Positions 39,424-49,041 of a stretch of DNA of 64,000 nucleotides are shown here, piece by piece. Positions within the stretch are counted from its first letter, which is position 1. The number at the start of each line of letters is the position of its first letter. The translations under genes were made by a program, and so were the position numbers. The notes under the pieces were generated by a model. It did no database searches. It was not told the origin of the DNA and saw nothing but the letters and a program-made list of their open reading frames with translations. Origin of the DNA: Alphaproteobacteria bacterium (GTDB taxonomy: Bacteria; Pseudomonadota; Alphaproteobacteria; Bin95); NCBI GenBank assembly GCA_965205265.1, contig CBDBGH010000003.1:1248001-1312000 (forward strand), written 5' to 3'.

Positions 39424-40884
39424 ATGGCGGCATACGATACGGTCATTCGCGGCGGCACGGTGGTCACGGCGTCGGACATGGTCCGGGCCGATATCGGCAT
39501 CGCCGGAGGGCGCGTCGCGGCGCTCGGCGAGAACCTGGACGAGGGCGTGCATGAGATCGACGCCGGCGGCCGGCTGGTCATGCCGGGCGGGGTGGACAGC
39601 CATTGCCATATCGAGCAGCCGGGCTCCACCGGCGGCACCAATGCCGACACCTTCACCAGCGGCTCCATCTCGGCCGCCTGCGGCGGCACGACGACGACGA
39701 TCAGCTTTTCGCCGCAGGTCCGGGGCCGGGGCGTGAAGGAGGCGATGGACGGCTATGCCGCGCTCGCGCGCAAGTCGGTCATCGACTACTGCTTCCACAT
39801 CATCGTCAACGACCCCTCCGACGCGGTGATCGAGGAGGAGCTGCCGGAGCTGATCGCGGAAGGCCACCGCTCGATCAAGGTGTTCATGACCTATCCGTCG
39901 AACCGGATGGACGATGCGCAACTGCTGAAGGTGTTCGCCTGCGCGAAGAAGCACGGGGCGTTCGTCTGCGTCCACGCGGAGAACCATGACGCCATCATGT
40001 GGATGACGGACCGGCTGCTGGAAGCGGGGCTGACCTCGCCGCGCTACCACGCCTGGTCCAAGCCGCCGGTCGTCGAGCGCGAGGCCGTCCACCGCGTCAT
40101 TGCGCTCGCCGAGCTGCTGGACCTGCCGATCCAGGTCTTCCATGTCACCTGCGCGGAAGCGGCCGAGGAAATCCGCCGGGCGCAGGCGCGCGGCATCAAG
40201 GTGTTCGGGGAGACCTGCCCGCAATATCTGACGCTCACCGCTGACGACATGGACCGGGACGGCTTCGAGGGCGCCAAGTTCATCTGCTCGCCGGCGCCCC
40301 GCACCGAAGCCGACCACGAGGCGATCTGGCGCGCGCTCACCGACGGCACGCTCGGCATTGTGAGTTCGGACCATGCGCCCTACAGCTTCGACGATCCGAG
40401 GGGCAAGGCGCTGCACGGCGCCAATGCGCGCTTCAGCGAAATCCCGAACGGCGTGCCGGGACTGGAGACGCGCCTGCCGCTCGTATTCTCCGAGGGCGTC
40501 GCCGCCGGCAGGATAGGCCCGTGCGAGTTCGTGGCGCTGACCTCCGCCAATCCGGCCCGGCTGTTCGGCCTCTATCCGAAGAAGGGCACGATTGCCGTCG
40601 GCTCGGACGCCGACATCGCGATCTGGGATGCAGAGCGGGAGGTCACCATCCGCAGCGACGACCTGCACACGCTGACCGACTACACGCCCTATGAAGGCAT
40701 GACGGTGACCGGCTGGCCCGCGATGACGCTGTCGCGCGGCGAGGTGATCTGGAACGACAGCGAGGTGACGGCCGAGCCGGGGCGCGGCCGGTGGTTGAAG
40801 CGCGAGCCCTATGACTTCATCCGGCCCACCGGCCGCTTCACCGCCCCCTTCGACCCCATCGCGCTCCGGAAGCTGGAGGAGTGA
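39424..40884 (+). CDS. hydA: dihydropyrimidinase (hydantoinase)
   Basis: PGGVDSHCH, KVFMTY, HAEN, ETCPQY, SSDHAP, PNGVPG. Confidence 0.92.
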   Translation: MAAYDTVIRGGTVVTASDMVRADIGIAGGRVAALGENLDEGVHEIDAGGRLVMPGGVDSHCHIEQPGSTGGTNADTFTSGSISAACGGTTTTISFSPQVRGRGVKEAMDGYAALARKSVIDYCFHIIVNDPSDAVIEEELPELIAEGHRSIKVFMTYPSNRMDDAQLLKVFACAKKHGAFVCVHAENHDAIMWMTDRLLEAGLTSPRYHAWSKPPVVEREAVHRVIALAELLDLPIQVFHVTCAEAAEEIRRAQARGIKVFGETCPQYLTLTADDMDRDGFEGAKFICSPAPRTEADHEAIWRALTDGTLGIVSSDHAPYSFDDPRGKALHGANARFSEIPNGVPGLETRLPLVFSEGVAAGRIGPCEFVALTSANPARLFGLYPKKGTIAVGSDADIAIWDAEREVTIRSDDLHTLTDYTPYEGMTVTGWPAMTLSRGEVIWNDSEVTAEPGRGRWLKREPYDFIRPTGRFTAPFDPIALRKLEE

Positions 40885-40895
40885 GGCCGCCGCGC

Positions 40896-41546
40896 ATGCC
40901 GTATGAAATCCGGCTGTTCGAAGATGTGCTGTTCGGCGGCGAGGAGGTCCGGCTCGGCGATCCCGCACCGAGGGCGCTCTATGTCTCGGCCGGCAGCATC
41001 TCGGTGAATGGGGAGGAGGTCCCGGCCGACGGAGGAGTCGTCCTTGCGGAGCCGGTGCGGCTGTGCGCCGGCGGCAGCGGCGCTGCGGTCTGGCGTTGGG
41101 AGGTCGCGGCCTGCGATGCCGACACCGCCGCATACGGCCATCGGGCAGCGCTTCGCCTCGCCGGCCGGATCGATCCGGCTGCAATCGCCGATGAACTGCT
41201 GATCCGGCTCGACAGCGTCGCCTTCCCGCCCGGCGGAACGGCTCTGCTTCACACCCATCGGGGCCCGGGAATCAGGTGCCTCCGGGAGGGGGAGATCAGG
41301 ATCGACACGGAAGGCCGCTCCTCGTCCTACGGGCCCGGCGGCGCCTGGTTCGAAAGCGGGCCGGAGCCCGTCTTCGCGCAAGCCTCGCCCGATGTCCCGA
41401 GCCGCTTCATTCGCGCGATGGTCCTGCCCCTGTCCCTGCTCGGCGCGTCGTCCATTCGCTATGTCAGGGACGAAGACCGGGACAGGCCGAAGTCGCAAAG
41501 CTACCGGGTGTTCGCCGAGCTGCCCGTAAGCCCCGGTCCGCCATAG
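40896..41546 (+). CDS. cupin-domain protein
   Basis: FPPGG...HTHRGPGIRCL...GEI...WFESG; alternative GTG start at 40881. Confidence 0.75.
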   Translation: MPYEIRLFEDVLFGGEEVRLGDPAPRALYVSAGSISVNGEEVPADGGVVLAEPVRLCAGGSGAAVWRWEVAACDADTAAYGHRAALRLAGRIDPAAIADELLIRLDSVAFPPGGTALLHTHRGPGIRCLREGEIRIDTEGRSSSYGPGGAWFESGPEPVFAQASPDVPSRFIRAMVLPLSLLGASSIRYVRDEDRDRPKSQSYRVFAELPVSPGPP

Positions 41547-41648
41547 CCTGTTCGCGCACGCAGCCGTCGGTGTCCTTGACTTGGCTTACTGTTAAGACTA
41601 GGCTGAGACTGGTTGATTCGAAGCGGGAGCGCAGAGGAGGCGGGCGCA

Positions 41649-41891
41649 GTGTCGGAAATCGGGGCGTTCGAGGCAAAAACCCACTTGCCGCAACTACTTC
41701 GGCGGGTGGAAGCAGGCGAACGGTTCGTCATCACCAGGCACGGCCGGCCGCTGGCCGAACTGGTCCCGTTCCGCTCGCGGGATGCCAGCAAGGTGCAATC
41801 TGCGATCGATGCCTTGAAGGAGTTCCAGCGGACTCACTCCCTCGGCGGGACCCCGATCCGTCAGATGATCGAGGAAGCGCGCAAACACTGA
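41649..41891 (+). CDS. Phd/YefM family antitoxin
   Basis: IGAFEAKTHL...GERFVITRHGRPLA. Confidence 0.9.
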   Translation: MSEIGAFEAKTHLPQLLRRVEAGERFVITRHGRPLAELVPFRSRDASKVQSAIDALKEFQRTHSLGGTPIRQMIEEARKH

Positions 41892-42307
41892 TGCCTTTCG
41901 TTCTCGATTGCTCGGTCGCCATGGCCTGGGTGTTCCCCGACGAGTCCTCGCAGGCGACCGACCGGCTGCGCGATTCGCTCGTCAGCGACCGCGCGTTCGT
42001 CCCGTCGCTTTGGCCCGTCGAAGTCGGCAGCGTGCTGCTTGCCGCGACCCGGCGCCGCCGCATCGGGGTCGGCGAGTGGCCGGCGATCTGCGCCAGCCTG
42101 GACGCGCTCCCCATCGAAATCGAGCAGGTGTCCACATCCTGTGTGTGGGGGCCGGCGCTGGCGCTTGCCGACCGCCATGACCTGTCCGTCTATGACGCCA
42201 CTTATCTCGAACTCGCGTTGCGCATGCGGTTGCCGCTCGCCACGCTGGACCGAGCCCTGGCGGCCGGGGCGCGGGCGGCCGGGCTCGATGCGCCCGCGAC
42301 CGCATAA
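41891..42307 (+). CDS. vapC: VapC PIN-domain toxin
   Basis: FVLDCSV, WPVEV, LSVYDATYLELA, ATLD; TGATG coupling to the antitoxin. Confidence 0.9.
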   Translation: MPFVLDCSVAMAWVFPDESSQATDRLRDSLVSDRAFVPSLWPVEVGSVLLAATRRRRIGVGEWPAICASLDALPIEIEQVSTSCVWGPALALADRHDLSVYDATYLELALRMRLPLATLDRALAAGARAAGLDAPATA

Positions 42308-42345
42308 GCAGGCGCGGCGCGCAGGCAAGCGGGAGGACAAGGAAC

Positions 42346-43101
42346 ATGCGTTGCAGCGGAAAGGTCGCAATCGTCACCGGCGGAGCCATGGGTATCGGCC
42401 GCGCCGTCGCGGAAGGGCTGCTCGCGGAAGGCGCGAATGTGGTCATTGCCGACCGCGCGGGCGCGGCGGAGGCCGCAAAGGCGCTCGACAACGCCGGGAA
42501 CGCCGTCATCGGCGTCGCCTGCGACGTGTCGAGCCGGGACGACACCGAGGCCATGGCAGGGGCCGCGCTGGAGGCGTTCGGCCGCATCGACGTGCTGGTC
42601 AACAATGCCGGCATCTACTCCTCGCTCAAGACCGGGCCCTTCGAGGAACTGGATATCGAGGAGTGGCGGCGCGTGCTCGATGTGAATGTCATCGGGCAGG
42701 CGATGGCGACCCGCGCGGTCGTCCCGGCCATGCGCCGGCAGGGCGGGGGCTCGGTCGTCAATTTCTCGTCGGGCACGCCGTTCAAGGGCGTTCCGTTCCT
42801 GCTGCACTATGTGGCGAGCAAGGGCGCGGTCAACGCGATGACCAAGGCGCTGGCGAAGGAACTCGGCGGCGCGGGCATTCGGGTCAATGCGGTGGCGCCC
42901 GGCTTCACGCTCTCCGACGGCGTGCTGGCGAATCCCCACCAGCTTGAAACGCTCCGGGACATCTCGCTTCAGGCGCGCGTCATCCAGCGCGACCAGCACC
43001 CGGCGGACGTCGTGGGCGCGGTGGTCTTCTTCGCGTCCGGAGAGTCCGACTTCGTCACCGGGCAAACCCTCGTCGTGGACGGCGGCGCCTATTTCCACTG
43101 A
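42346..43101 (+). CDS. SDR oxidoreductase
   Basis: TGGAMGIG, NNAG, YVASK. Confidence 0.92.
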   Translation: MRCSGKVAIVTGGAMGIGRAVAEGLLAEGANVVIADRAGAAEAAKALDNAGNAVIGVACDVSSRDDTEAMAGAALEAFGRIDVLVNNAGIYSSLKTGPFEELDIEEWRRVLDVNVIGQAMATRAVVPAMRRQGGGSVVNFSSGTPFKGVPFLLHYVASKGAVNAMTKALAKELGGAGIRVNAVAPGFTLSDGVLANPHQLETLRDISLQARVIQRDQHPADVVGAVVFFASGESDFVTGQTLVVDGGAYFH

Positions 43102-43275
43102 TCCGGATCGATTCTCGCGAAACAGCCGTTCCTGTCAGGGGTTCCAGATACTCCCATTAGCCGCCGGTTAGTCGGTTCCTTCCGGCGGGTCGGCGAACGC
43201 CCGGCGGTCTGGCGGGAGCGCCGCCGCGTGTGCTTGAATGACGCCTGTTTTCCCGGAACGAAAGCCCGAGCCGCC

Positions 43276-44466
43276 ATGTCCGCCACCTTGCCTCTCGCCC
43301 ATATCAGGGTCCTCGACCTTACCCGCGCCCGCGCGGGGCCGACGGCCGTGCGCCAGCTTGCCGACTGGGGCGCCGATGTGGTCAAGATCGAGGCGCCGCC
43401 CGGCGAGGACGCGCGCTCGGTGGTGTCCGGCGCCCGCCACGGTTTCGACTTCCAGAACCTCCATCGCAACAAGCGGTCGATGACGCTCAACCTCAAGGCT
43501 GACAAGGGCCGCGGGATTTTCCTTGAGATGGCGAAAGACGCCGATGTCGTGGTCGAGAACTACCGGGCGGGCGTGAAGCACCGGCTCGGCATCGACTACG
43601 AGGCCGTCAAGGCCGTCAATCCGCGCATCGTCTATGGTTCCATATCGGGCTTCGGCCAGTCCGGCCCCTACCGGGACCGGCCGGGCGTGGACCAGATCGC
43701 GCAGGGCATGGGCGGCCTCATGTCGATCACCGGCCTGCCGGGACAGGGGCCGGTCCGGGTCGGCATCCCGATCGCGGACCTGACGGCCGGGCTGCACCTG
43801 GCGCAGGGCATATTGCTGGCGCTCTACGAACGCGAACGCTCCGGCGAGGGGCAGTGGGTGCACACCTCCCTGCTCGAGGCGCAGATCATGATGCTGGACT
43901 TCCAGGCGGCGCGCTGGACGGTCTCCGGCGAGGTGGCGCCGCAGGCCGGCAACGACCATCCGACCTCGATCCCGACCGGCGTGTTCCCGACCTCGGACGG
44001 CCACATCAATATCGCGGCCTCAGGTAACACCATGTTCGAGCGGCTATGCGGCGCGCTTGGCTGCCCGGAGCTCGTCTCCCATCCCGACTATGCCGACGAC
44101 GGCAGCCGCTCGAAGAACCGCGCCGCGCTCAATCGCGTGCTAGGCGAATACACGGCACGGCGCCCGAGCGAGGAGTGGGTGGTCGTGCTGAACGAGGCGC
44201 GCGTGCCCTGCGGGCCGATCAACAGCATCGACAGGACCATGACCGACCCGCAGGTGCGCCATCTCGGCATCGAGAAGACAATGGCGCATCCGAAGCTCGG
44301 CACGGTCGGCGTCGTCGGCCAGGCGGCCACCCTCTCGCGTAGCGGCGGCCGGCCCGATGTCCGCCTCCCCACCCCGGACCAGGGCGAGCACACGGCGGAA
44401 GTGCTGGCCGCGTTCGGCTATGACGATGCGGCGGTCGAGGCGCTCAGGGCGGAGGGGGTGGTGTAG
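43276..44466 (+). CDS. CaiB/BaiF class III CoA-transferase
   Basis: VLDL...AGP, GADVVKIE, RNKRS, VENYR, SGFGQSGP. Confidence 0.92.
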   Translation: MSATLPLAHIRVLDLTRARAGPTAVRQLADWGADVVKIEAPPGEDARSVVSGARHGFDFQNLHRNKRSMTLNLKADKGRGIFLEMAKDADVVVENYRAGVKHRLGIDYEAVKAVNPRIVYGSISGFGQSGPYRDRPGVDQIAQGMGGLMSITGLPGQGPVRVGIPIADLTAGLHLAQGILLALYERERSGEGQWVHTSLLEAQIMMLDFQAARWTVSGEVAPQAGNDHPTSIPTGVFPTSDGHINIAASGNTMFERLCGALGCPELVSHPDYADDGSRSKNRAALNRVLGEYTARRPSEEWVVVLNEARVPCGPINSIDRTMTDPQVRHLGIEKTMAHPKLGTVGVVGQAATLSRSGGRPDVRLPTPDQGEHTAEVLAAFGYDDAAVEALRAEGVV

Positions 44467-44590
44467 GGCTTCCCCCGAATTAGGAAGAGGCACGGGGCGG
44501 CAGCAACGGAACGGGGCTTAAGCCAGGCGGTCCGGCGACAGGTTTGCGAGGCTTCGCGCCGTCTCTCCAGCGTCATACCCGGAACAAGTC

Positions 44591-44908
44591 CACGGCTGTC
44601 CGGTTTGGATTTTGTGGACAGAACGCATGGCTTGGATTCAACCGGGTTTCGAGGGGTCCGGCGGGATCGGGACTCGGATCGACGCCCGGCGTCCCAACCT
44701 TCACATCGTCATACCCGGACTTGTTCCGGGTATCCATGCGGCCGTCCGACGGAAGCTGTGGCGGGAGATACCCGGAACAAGTCCGGGTATGACGAAAGGG
44801 GGGCGTTCGGGCATGACGGACAGGAGGCCGACCGGGGACGCCGCGCGCGCCCGAAAACCCGATCGAAGCCCGCCCGGCTTTGCCCGACGGCTGAACCGGA
44901 CAGCAATG
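44591..44908. mobile_element. MITE inserted in a family-A REP palindrome
   Basis: TIRs CACGGCTGTCCGGTT / AACCGGACAGCAATG; direct repeat GAACAAGTC at 44582-44590 and 44909-44917. Confidence 0.8.
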
Positions 44909-44995
44909 GAACAAGTCCGGGCATGACGAAGGGGGGCGTTCGGGCATTACGGAACCGGACCGGACCCCGTATGAACGCCATTCTCGAACGGTCTC

Positions 44996-45355
44996 TCAGG
45001 CAATGGGGGCCGGGTCGTGCAGGTCGCGGGAATCCGAAGGCGCCTCAGCCCGGTCCTCCAGCCCGTAGTCGCGCACCACCGATGCCACCCGCAGGCGGTA
45101 GCCGGAAAACACCCCAGCGCGGCCGCGCGTCTGCGCGGCGCGGTGGCGCGGCCTGCAGCGCCAGGCGCGCACCGCCTCCTCGTCGCGCCAGAACGACAGC
45201 GACAGCAGCTTGCCGGGCCGGCTCAGGCTCTCGAACCGCTCAATGGAGATGAAGCCGTCCATCTCCATCAGCTCGTCGCGCAGCCCCGCAGCGATATCGA
45301 GATAGGCGTCCCGCTGGCCCTTGGCAGGCTCTACCTCGAATATGACGGCAATCAT
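44996..45355 (-). CDS. antibiotic biosynthesis monooxygenase (ABM) family protein
   Basis: MIAVIFEV, GFISIERF, LSLSFW, HRAAQ. Confidence 0.9.
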   Translation of the reverse strand: MIAVIFEVEPAKGQRDAYLDIAAGLRDELMEMDGFISIERFESLSRPGKLLSLSFWRDEEAVRAWRCRPRHRAAQTRGRAGVFSGYRLRVASVVRDYGLEDRAEAPSDSRDLHDPAPIA

Positions 45356-45394
45356 CGGGCTTTCTCCCTTGCTTGGGCGTTCCGGCAGTCCGGG

Positions 45395-47524
45395 TCAGCC
45401 GAATACCGGCATGCCCAGCACGCCCCGCACCCGGTCCACCTGCTCCAGCGCCCACCGGAATTGCCGCTGCCTCGGCGCGGACATTTCCTTCGGCGCGACC
45501 GAATTGCCGTGGGGAATGCCGCGGCCGATATCGCGAAGCTGCTGGGCGAGGAGTTCGTCGAGCAGGGTGCGGTGCGCTTCGACGAGATTGCCGACGGCTT
45601 CCCGGCTGTCCGCCGCCAGCGCGGCCGCCGCTTCCAGCCGCGCGGGCGTCGAACGCTCCCTTATGCCGTGCTGGATGGCGAGAATCCGCGCGGCCGAGAA
45701 GATCGGCATGATGCCGTGGCGCTTGGCATCGAGGCGGCCCTTCTTTAGCCGGAGGCGCCCGAACATGCCGAGCGGCGAGGTGAAATCGACGGCATTGGCG
45801 CGAAGCGCAACCTGGAAGGCGCGCGCCTTTGCCGCCATGTCCAGCGCCTCGGCATGCAACGCCTCGCCGAGCGCCGCATCGCCGTAAACCGGGACGCTGT
45901 CGAAGAAAATGTCGCAATTGAGGACATCCTCCGGCAGCGAGCGGCCGATCCATCCGCCTACCGTCCGGCGCCAGCCGTCGAGGTCCATGCGCCACTCGGC
46001 GTTGCGGGCCATGACCCCGCCCTTGCAATAGGCGACGCCCGCGCCGTCCAGAATGTCGGCGAGCCGGCGCCCCAGTTCCTCGAACCACCGGTCCTCCGGC
46101 CCGCCGGGAGCGCCTGAGGCGAACACGACGGCATTGTCCTGGTCCATGGCGAGCAGGCTTTCGCCGCGCCCGCCCGAGCCCAGCACCAGCAGGGCGAACG
46201 GCACGGGCGGCGGCCCGAAGCCCTCCGCCGCCATGTCGCGTTCGGCCAGTTCCGCGGCGCGCCGCGTGAGCGCGCGGAGCTCGCGCGAGACCACCGAGGC
46301 GACGATGCGCGCATCCACCTCCTCGGCCGCAAGCCCGCCCGCGACCCTGGTCAGGTTCGCCCAGACCCGGCCGAGCTCGGCCGGCGCTTCCGCATGGTCG
46401 ATTTCCCGCGCGAGGAACACCGCATCGCCCGCGCGCTGCTTCAGCAGGTCGCGCGCGCTGACGGCGCCGGCGAGGCTGCCGTCTTCCGCCACGACGCCCA
46501 GATGCCGGAACCCGCCGACGATCATCAGCGTGTTCGCGCGGTAGAGGAACTCCGAGGCCGGGATCGTCACCAGCGGCCGGGCGGCGAAGCGGTCCACAGT
46601 TTCGTCCAGCGCGCCGGCCCCGAGCGAGTCGATGGCGCGGGCGATGTCCCGCTCGGTCAGGATGCCGATGCCGGCCTCCCCGCCGGAGGCGACGAACACC
46701 GAGCTGATTTTCCGCTCCGTAAGCTCCCGCAGAGCTTCGCGCAGGCTCATCGAAGGCGCCACGACGGCGGGCGGGGCGGACATGATGTCCTCCACGCGGT
46801 GCCGGAACGGGAAGCTGTCCACGCGGGCGAAGGCTCCCGGATCGACGCTTCGCGCCCGGTCCGCCGCAATGACGGGCTGCCAGCCCGCCTTCGCTTCCTC
46901 GTCCTGTTGCGGGGTGAGCGCGAGGCAGGCCCGCTCCGCCTGGGCAAGCGTCGCAATGCCTTTCTCCGCCAGCCGCGGCACCAGGGCGGCATAGACCGCC
47001 GCCGCGGCCCGCGCATCGCCGAGGGCGCTGTGCCGGCCGTCGATCCCGATGCCGAGCCGCTCGGCTGTAGCGTCGAGCGAGGGGGCGGGCAGGCGGAGCC
47101 CCGCCGCCGAGGCGAGCTGGCGAATGCAAAGCGAGCGATGGGGACGCCAGGGAAGCCCAAGCCGGTCGTGTTCGGCCTTGAGCATTGCGAGGTCGAAGCC
47201 GACCGCATAGCCGATCACGACGCGCGGTCCGATCCAGTCCGCGAGCGCCGGCAGGACCGTATCCGCCCTTTCCGCCCCCTGCACGTCCTCGTCCGCGATG
47301 CCGTGGACCGCCGTGGAGGATGGCGGGATGGGCATGTCCGGGTTGACCAGGCGGTCGAAGATGTCGTCGGCAAGCACGGCGCGGCCGTTCAGCGCCACGG
47401 CGCCCACCTGCAGCACCCGGTCCCTGCCGGTGTCGAGGCCGGTGGTTTCGGTGTCGAGCGCAACCGCCTCCAGCGACGCCAGCGGCACGGCGCCCGACCC
47501 CGCATCTTCCTTCCGGACGATCAT
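45395..47524 (-). CDS. DEDD exonuclease + CBS pair + DUF294 nucleotidyltransferase-like fusion protein
   Basis: LDTETTG, RHSALGDA, GILTERD, LGSGGRGESLLAMDQDN, IFFD; start position uncertain. Confidence 0.85.
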   Translation of the reverse strand: MIVRKEDAGSGAVPLASLEAVALDTETTGLDTGRDRVLQVGAVALNGRAVLADDIFDRLVNPDMPIPPSSTAVHGIADEDVQGAERADTVLPALADWIGPRVVIGYAVGFDLAMLKAEHDRLGLPWRPHRSLCIRQLASAAGLRLPAPSLDATAERLGIGIDGRHSALGDARAAAAVYAALVPRLAEKGIATLAQAERACLALTPQQDEEAKAGWQPVIAADRARSVDPGAFARVDSFPFRHRVEDIMSAPPAVVAPSMSLREALRELTERKISSVFVASGGEAGIGILTERDIARAIDSLGAGALDETVDRFAARPLVTIPASEFLYRANTLMIVGGFRHLGVVAEDGSLAGAVSARDLLKQRAGDAVFLAREIDHAEAPAELGRVWANLTRVAGGLAAEEVDARIVASVVSRELRALTRRAAELAERDMAAEGFGPPPVPFALLVLGSGGRGESLLAMDQDNAVVFASGAPGGPEDRWFEELGRRLADILDGAGVAYCKGGVMARNAEWRMDLDGWRRTVGGWIGRSLPEDVLNCDIFFDSVPVYGDAALGEALHAEALDMAAKARAFQVALRANAVDFTSPLGMFGRLRLKKGRLDAKRHGIMPIFSAARILAIQHGIRERSTPARLEAAAALAADSREAVGNLVEAHRTLLDELLAQQLRDIGRGIPHGNSVAPKEMSAPRQRQFRWALEQVDRVRGVLGMPVFG

Positions 47525-47684
47525 CGCCGAACCCAGCCGCTCCTGCTCGGGGCATGCGAAACGAGAGAAGGCCTCGCGGGACCCGTTCCCGGCCAAGCTA
47601 TCGCGCCCGCCGCAGGCCGCCAAGAGAGCAGGGCTTCGCGGCGGAGGCGGGACGTTCGGGCCGCCGCGAGCCGATAGCTCGAAA

Positions 47685-48858
47685 GGGCCCACCCCAGCGA
47701 TGTGTCATGATATGTCATGTTTTGTATGCGCCGGGTTCATATGCTGTAGCCGTTTCGGGCATGAAGCCGTCCGCCGCTCGATCTCTTCCGCCTGTCCTCA
47801 CCACCGCCCCGGACGCCCGCAGAGCCCCCGTCCGCTCCCTTTTCATCATACTTGAATGCCCCCTTCGACAGGCTCTTCCGTCATGCCCGGACTCGTTCCG
47901 GGCATCCCTCCACCGCTTCTCCCGGGGCGGCCGCATGGATGCCCGGAACAAGTCCGGGCATGACGATATGGGGGGCGGCCATGACGACTTGGGGACCGGG
48001 ACACTACCGCCAGCCGGCATCCCCGCCTCCTTCTGCGGCTTCCCTTGCGGCGATTTCTGCGGCCTCGCGGCGTTCCTGGCGGGCGAGCCAGTCGTAGAAC
48101 GCCGGTGTGGTCAGCTTGCCCACATACTGGCGTTCGCCGAAGTTGTAGTAGTCCTCGCTGCCGTCGTAACTGTCCTCGTCCGGCACCAGCGGCCCGAAGC
48201 GGCGCTCCTGCTCCGCATGCCAGGCCCGGAACTCCGGCGTCTGCTGGCTGCCGACATAGACCTCGTCGAAATAGTGGTATTCGTCCTCGCTGCCGTCATA
48301 GCCGGTCTCGGGCTCCGGCTCCGGAACCCAGTCGTCGAGGTCCTCCGCCGGTTCCCCGATGACTGCCGGCTCCGGCTCGGGCATGCGGGCGGCGGCCCAG
48401 TCGAGGAGGTTGAGGATCTGGCGCAGATGGGAGAGCGCGGCGCGCCCGGCGCGGTGACGGTCGGCCAGGGCGCGGTCGTCCTCCGGCGGCGGCGCTGCGT
48501 TCATGTCCTGGGCATAAGCTTCGGCAAGGGCTGCGGCGGCGGGCGCCAGCTTTTCGGCCAGCATCGCCGCCAGTGCGGGGCGGGGGTCGGTTGCGGTCAT
48601 CGTCTCTCCTCCTCCGACGGGAAGCGGGTCCCTGTTTCGCGCGTCTCCCGCGCGGGCGCCTGTGCCGGCGCGGGCGGGCGTTACGCGGCGGCGCGGTTCG
48701 CGCGCCTGATTGCGCGCGCGAGGCGGAGGGCGCACCTCTCCCGTCGGCTTCTCACGGGTTTTCAGAAACGGCGCCGCTCGGCCGCGCAGCACCCGGGGAG
48801 GCGGCTCCGGAGTCCGCTTCCCTGGGGACCATCATACCACACTCCGCCAGATGTCAAG
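47685..48858 (-). repeat. copy 2 of the promoter-leader-tail repeat element (with ORF cargo and a REP pair at about 47880-47966)
   Basis: See 22423-23111; TTGACA at 48852-48857 and TGGTATGAT at 48831-48839 on the minus strand. Confidence 0.8.
48004..48600 (-). CDS. hypothetical acidic protein with an internal ~35-aa duplicated motif
   Basis: GGAGGAGGAGAG RBS before the ATG at 48600; YDGSED...YVG...TP.F..W...QERR occurs twice. Confidence 0.7.
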   Translation of the reverse strand: MTATDPRPALAAMLAEKLAPAAAALAEAYAQDMNAAPPPEDDRALADRHRAGRAALSHLRQILNLLDWAAARMPEPEPAVIGEPAEDLDDWVPEPEPETGYDGSEDEYHYFDEVYVGSQQTPEFRAWHAEQERRFGPLVPDEDSYDGSEDYYNFGERQYVGKLTTPAFYDWLARQERREAAEIAAREAAEGGGDAGWR

Positions 48859-49041
48859 CCCATATAGGGAACATAATTCAAAAATATCGGAAATTGTTCA
48901 TGTTTCAGCAAGGATGGAGAAGGGCGTCAACTCGGAAGCCTTTAGCGCCGCCGGTAGTCCAGGCGCGACATTGCCGCTGCGTGACGGCGGGGCGGGCGGG
49001 TGCTATCCGGGGCGGCGAAGCGTGAAGCCGGAGGGCCGCCC

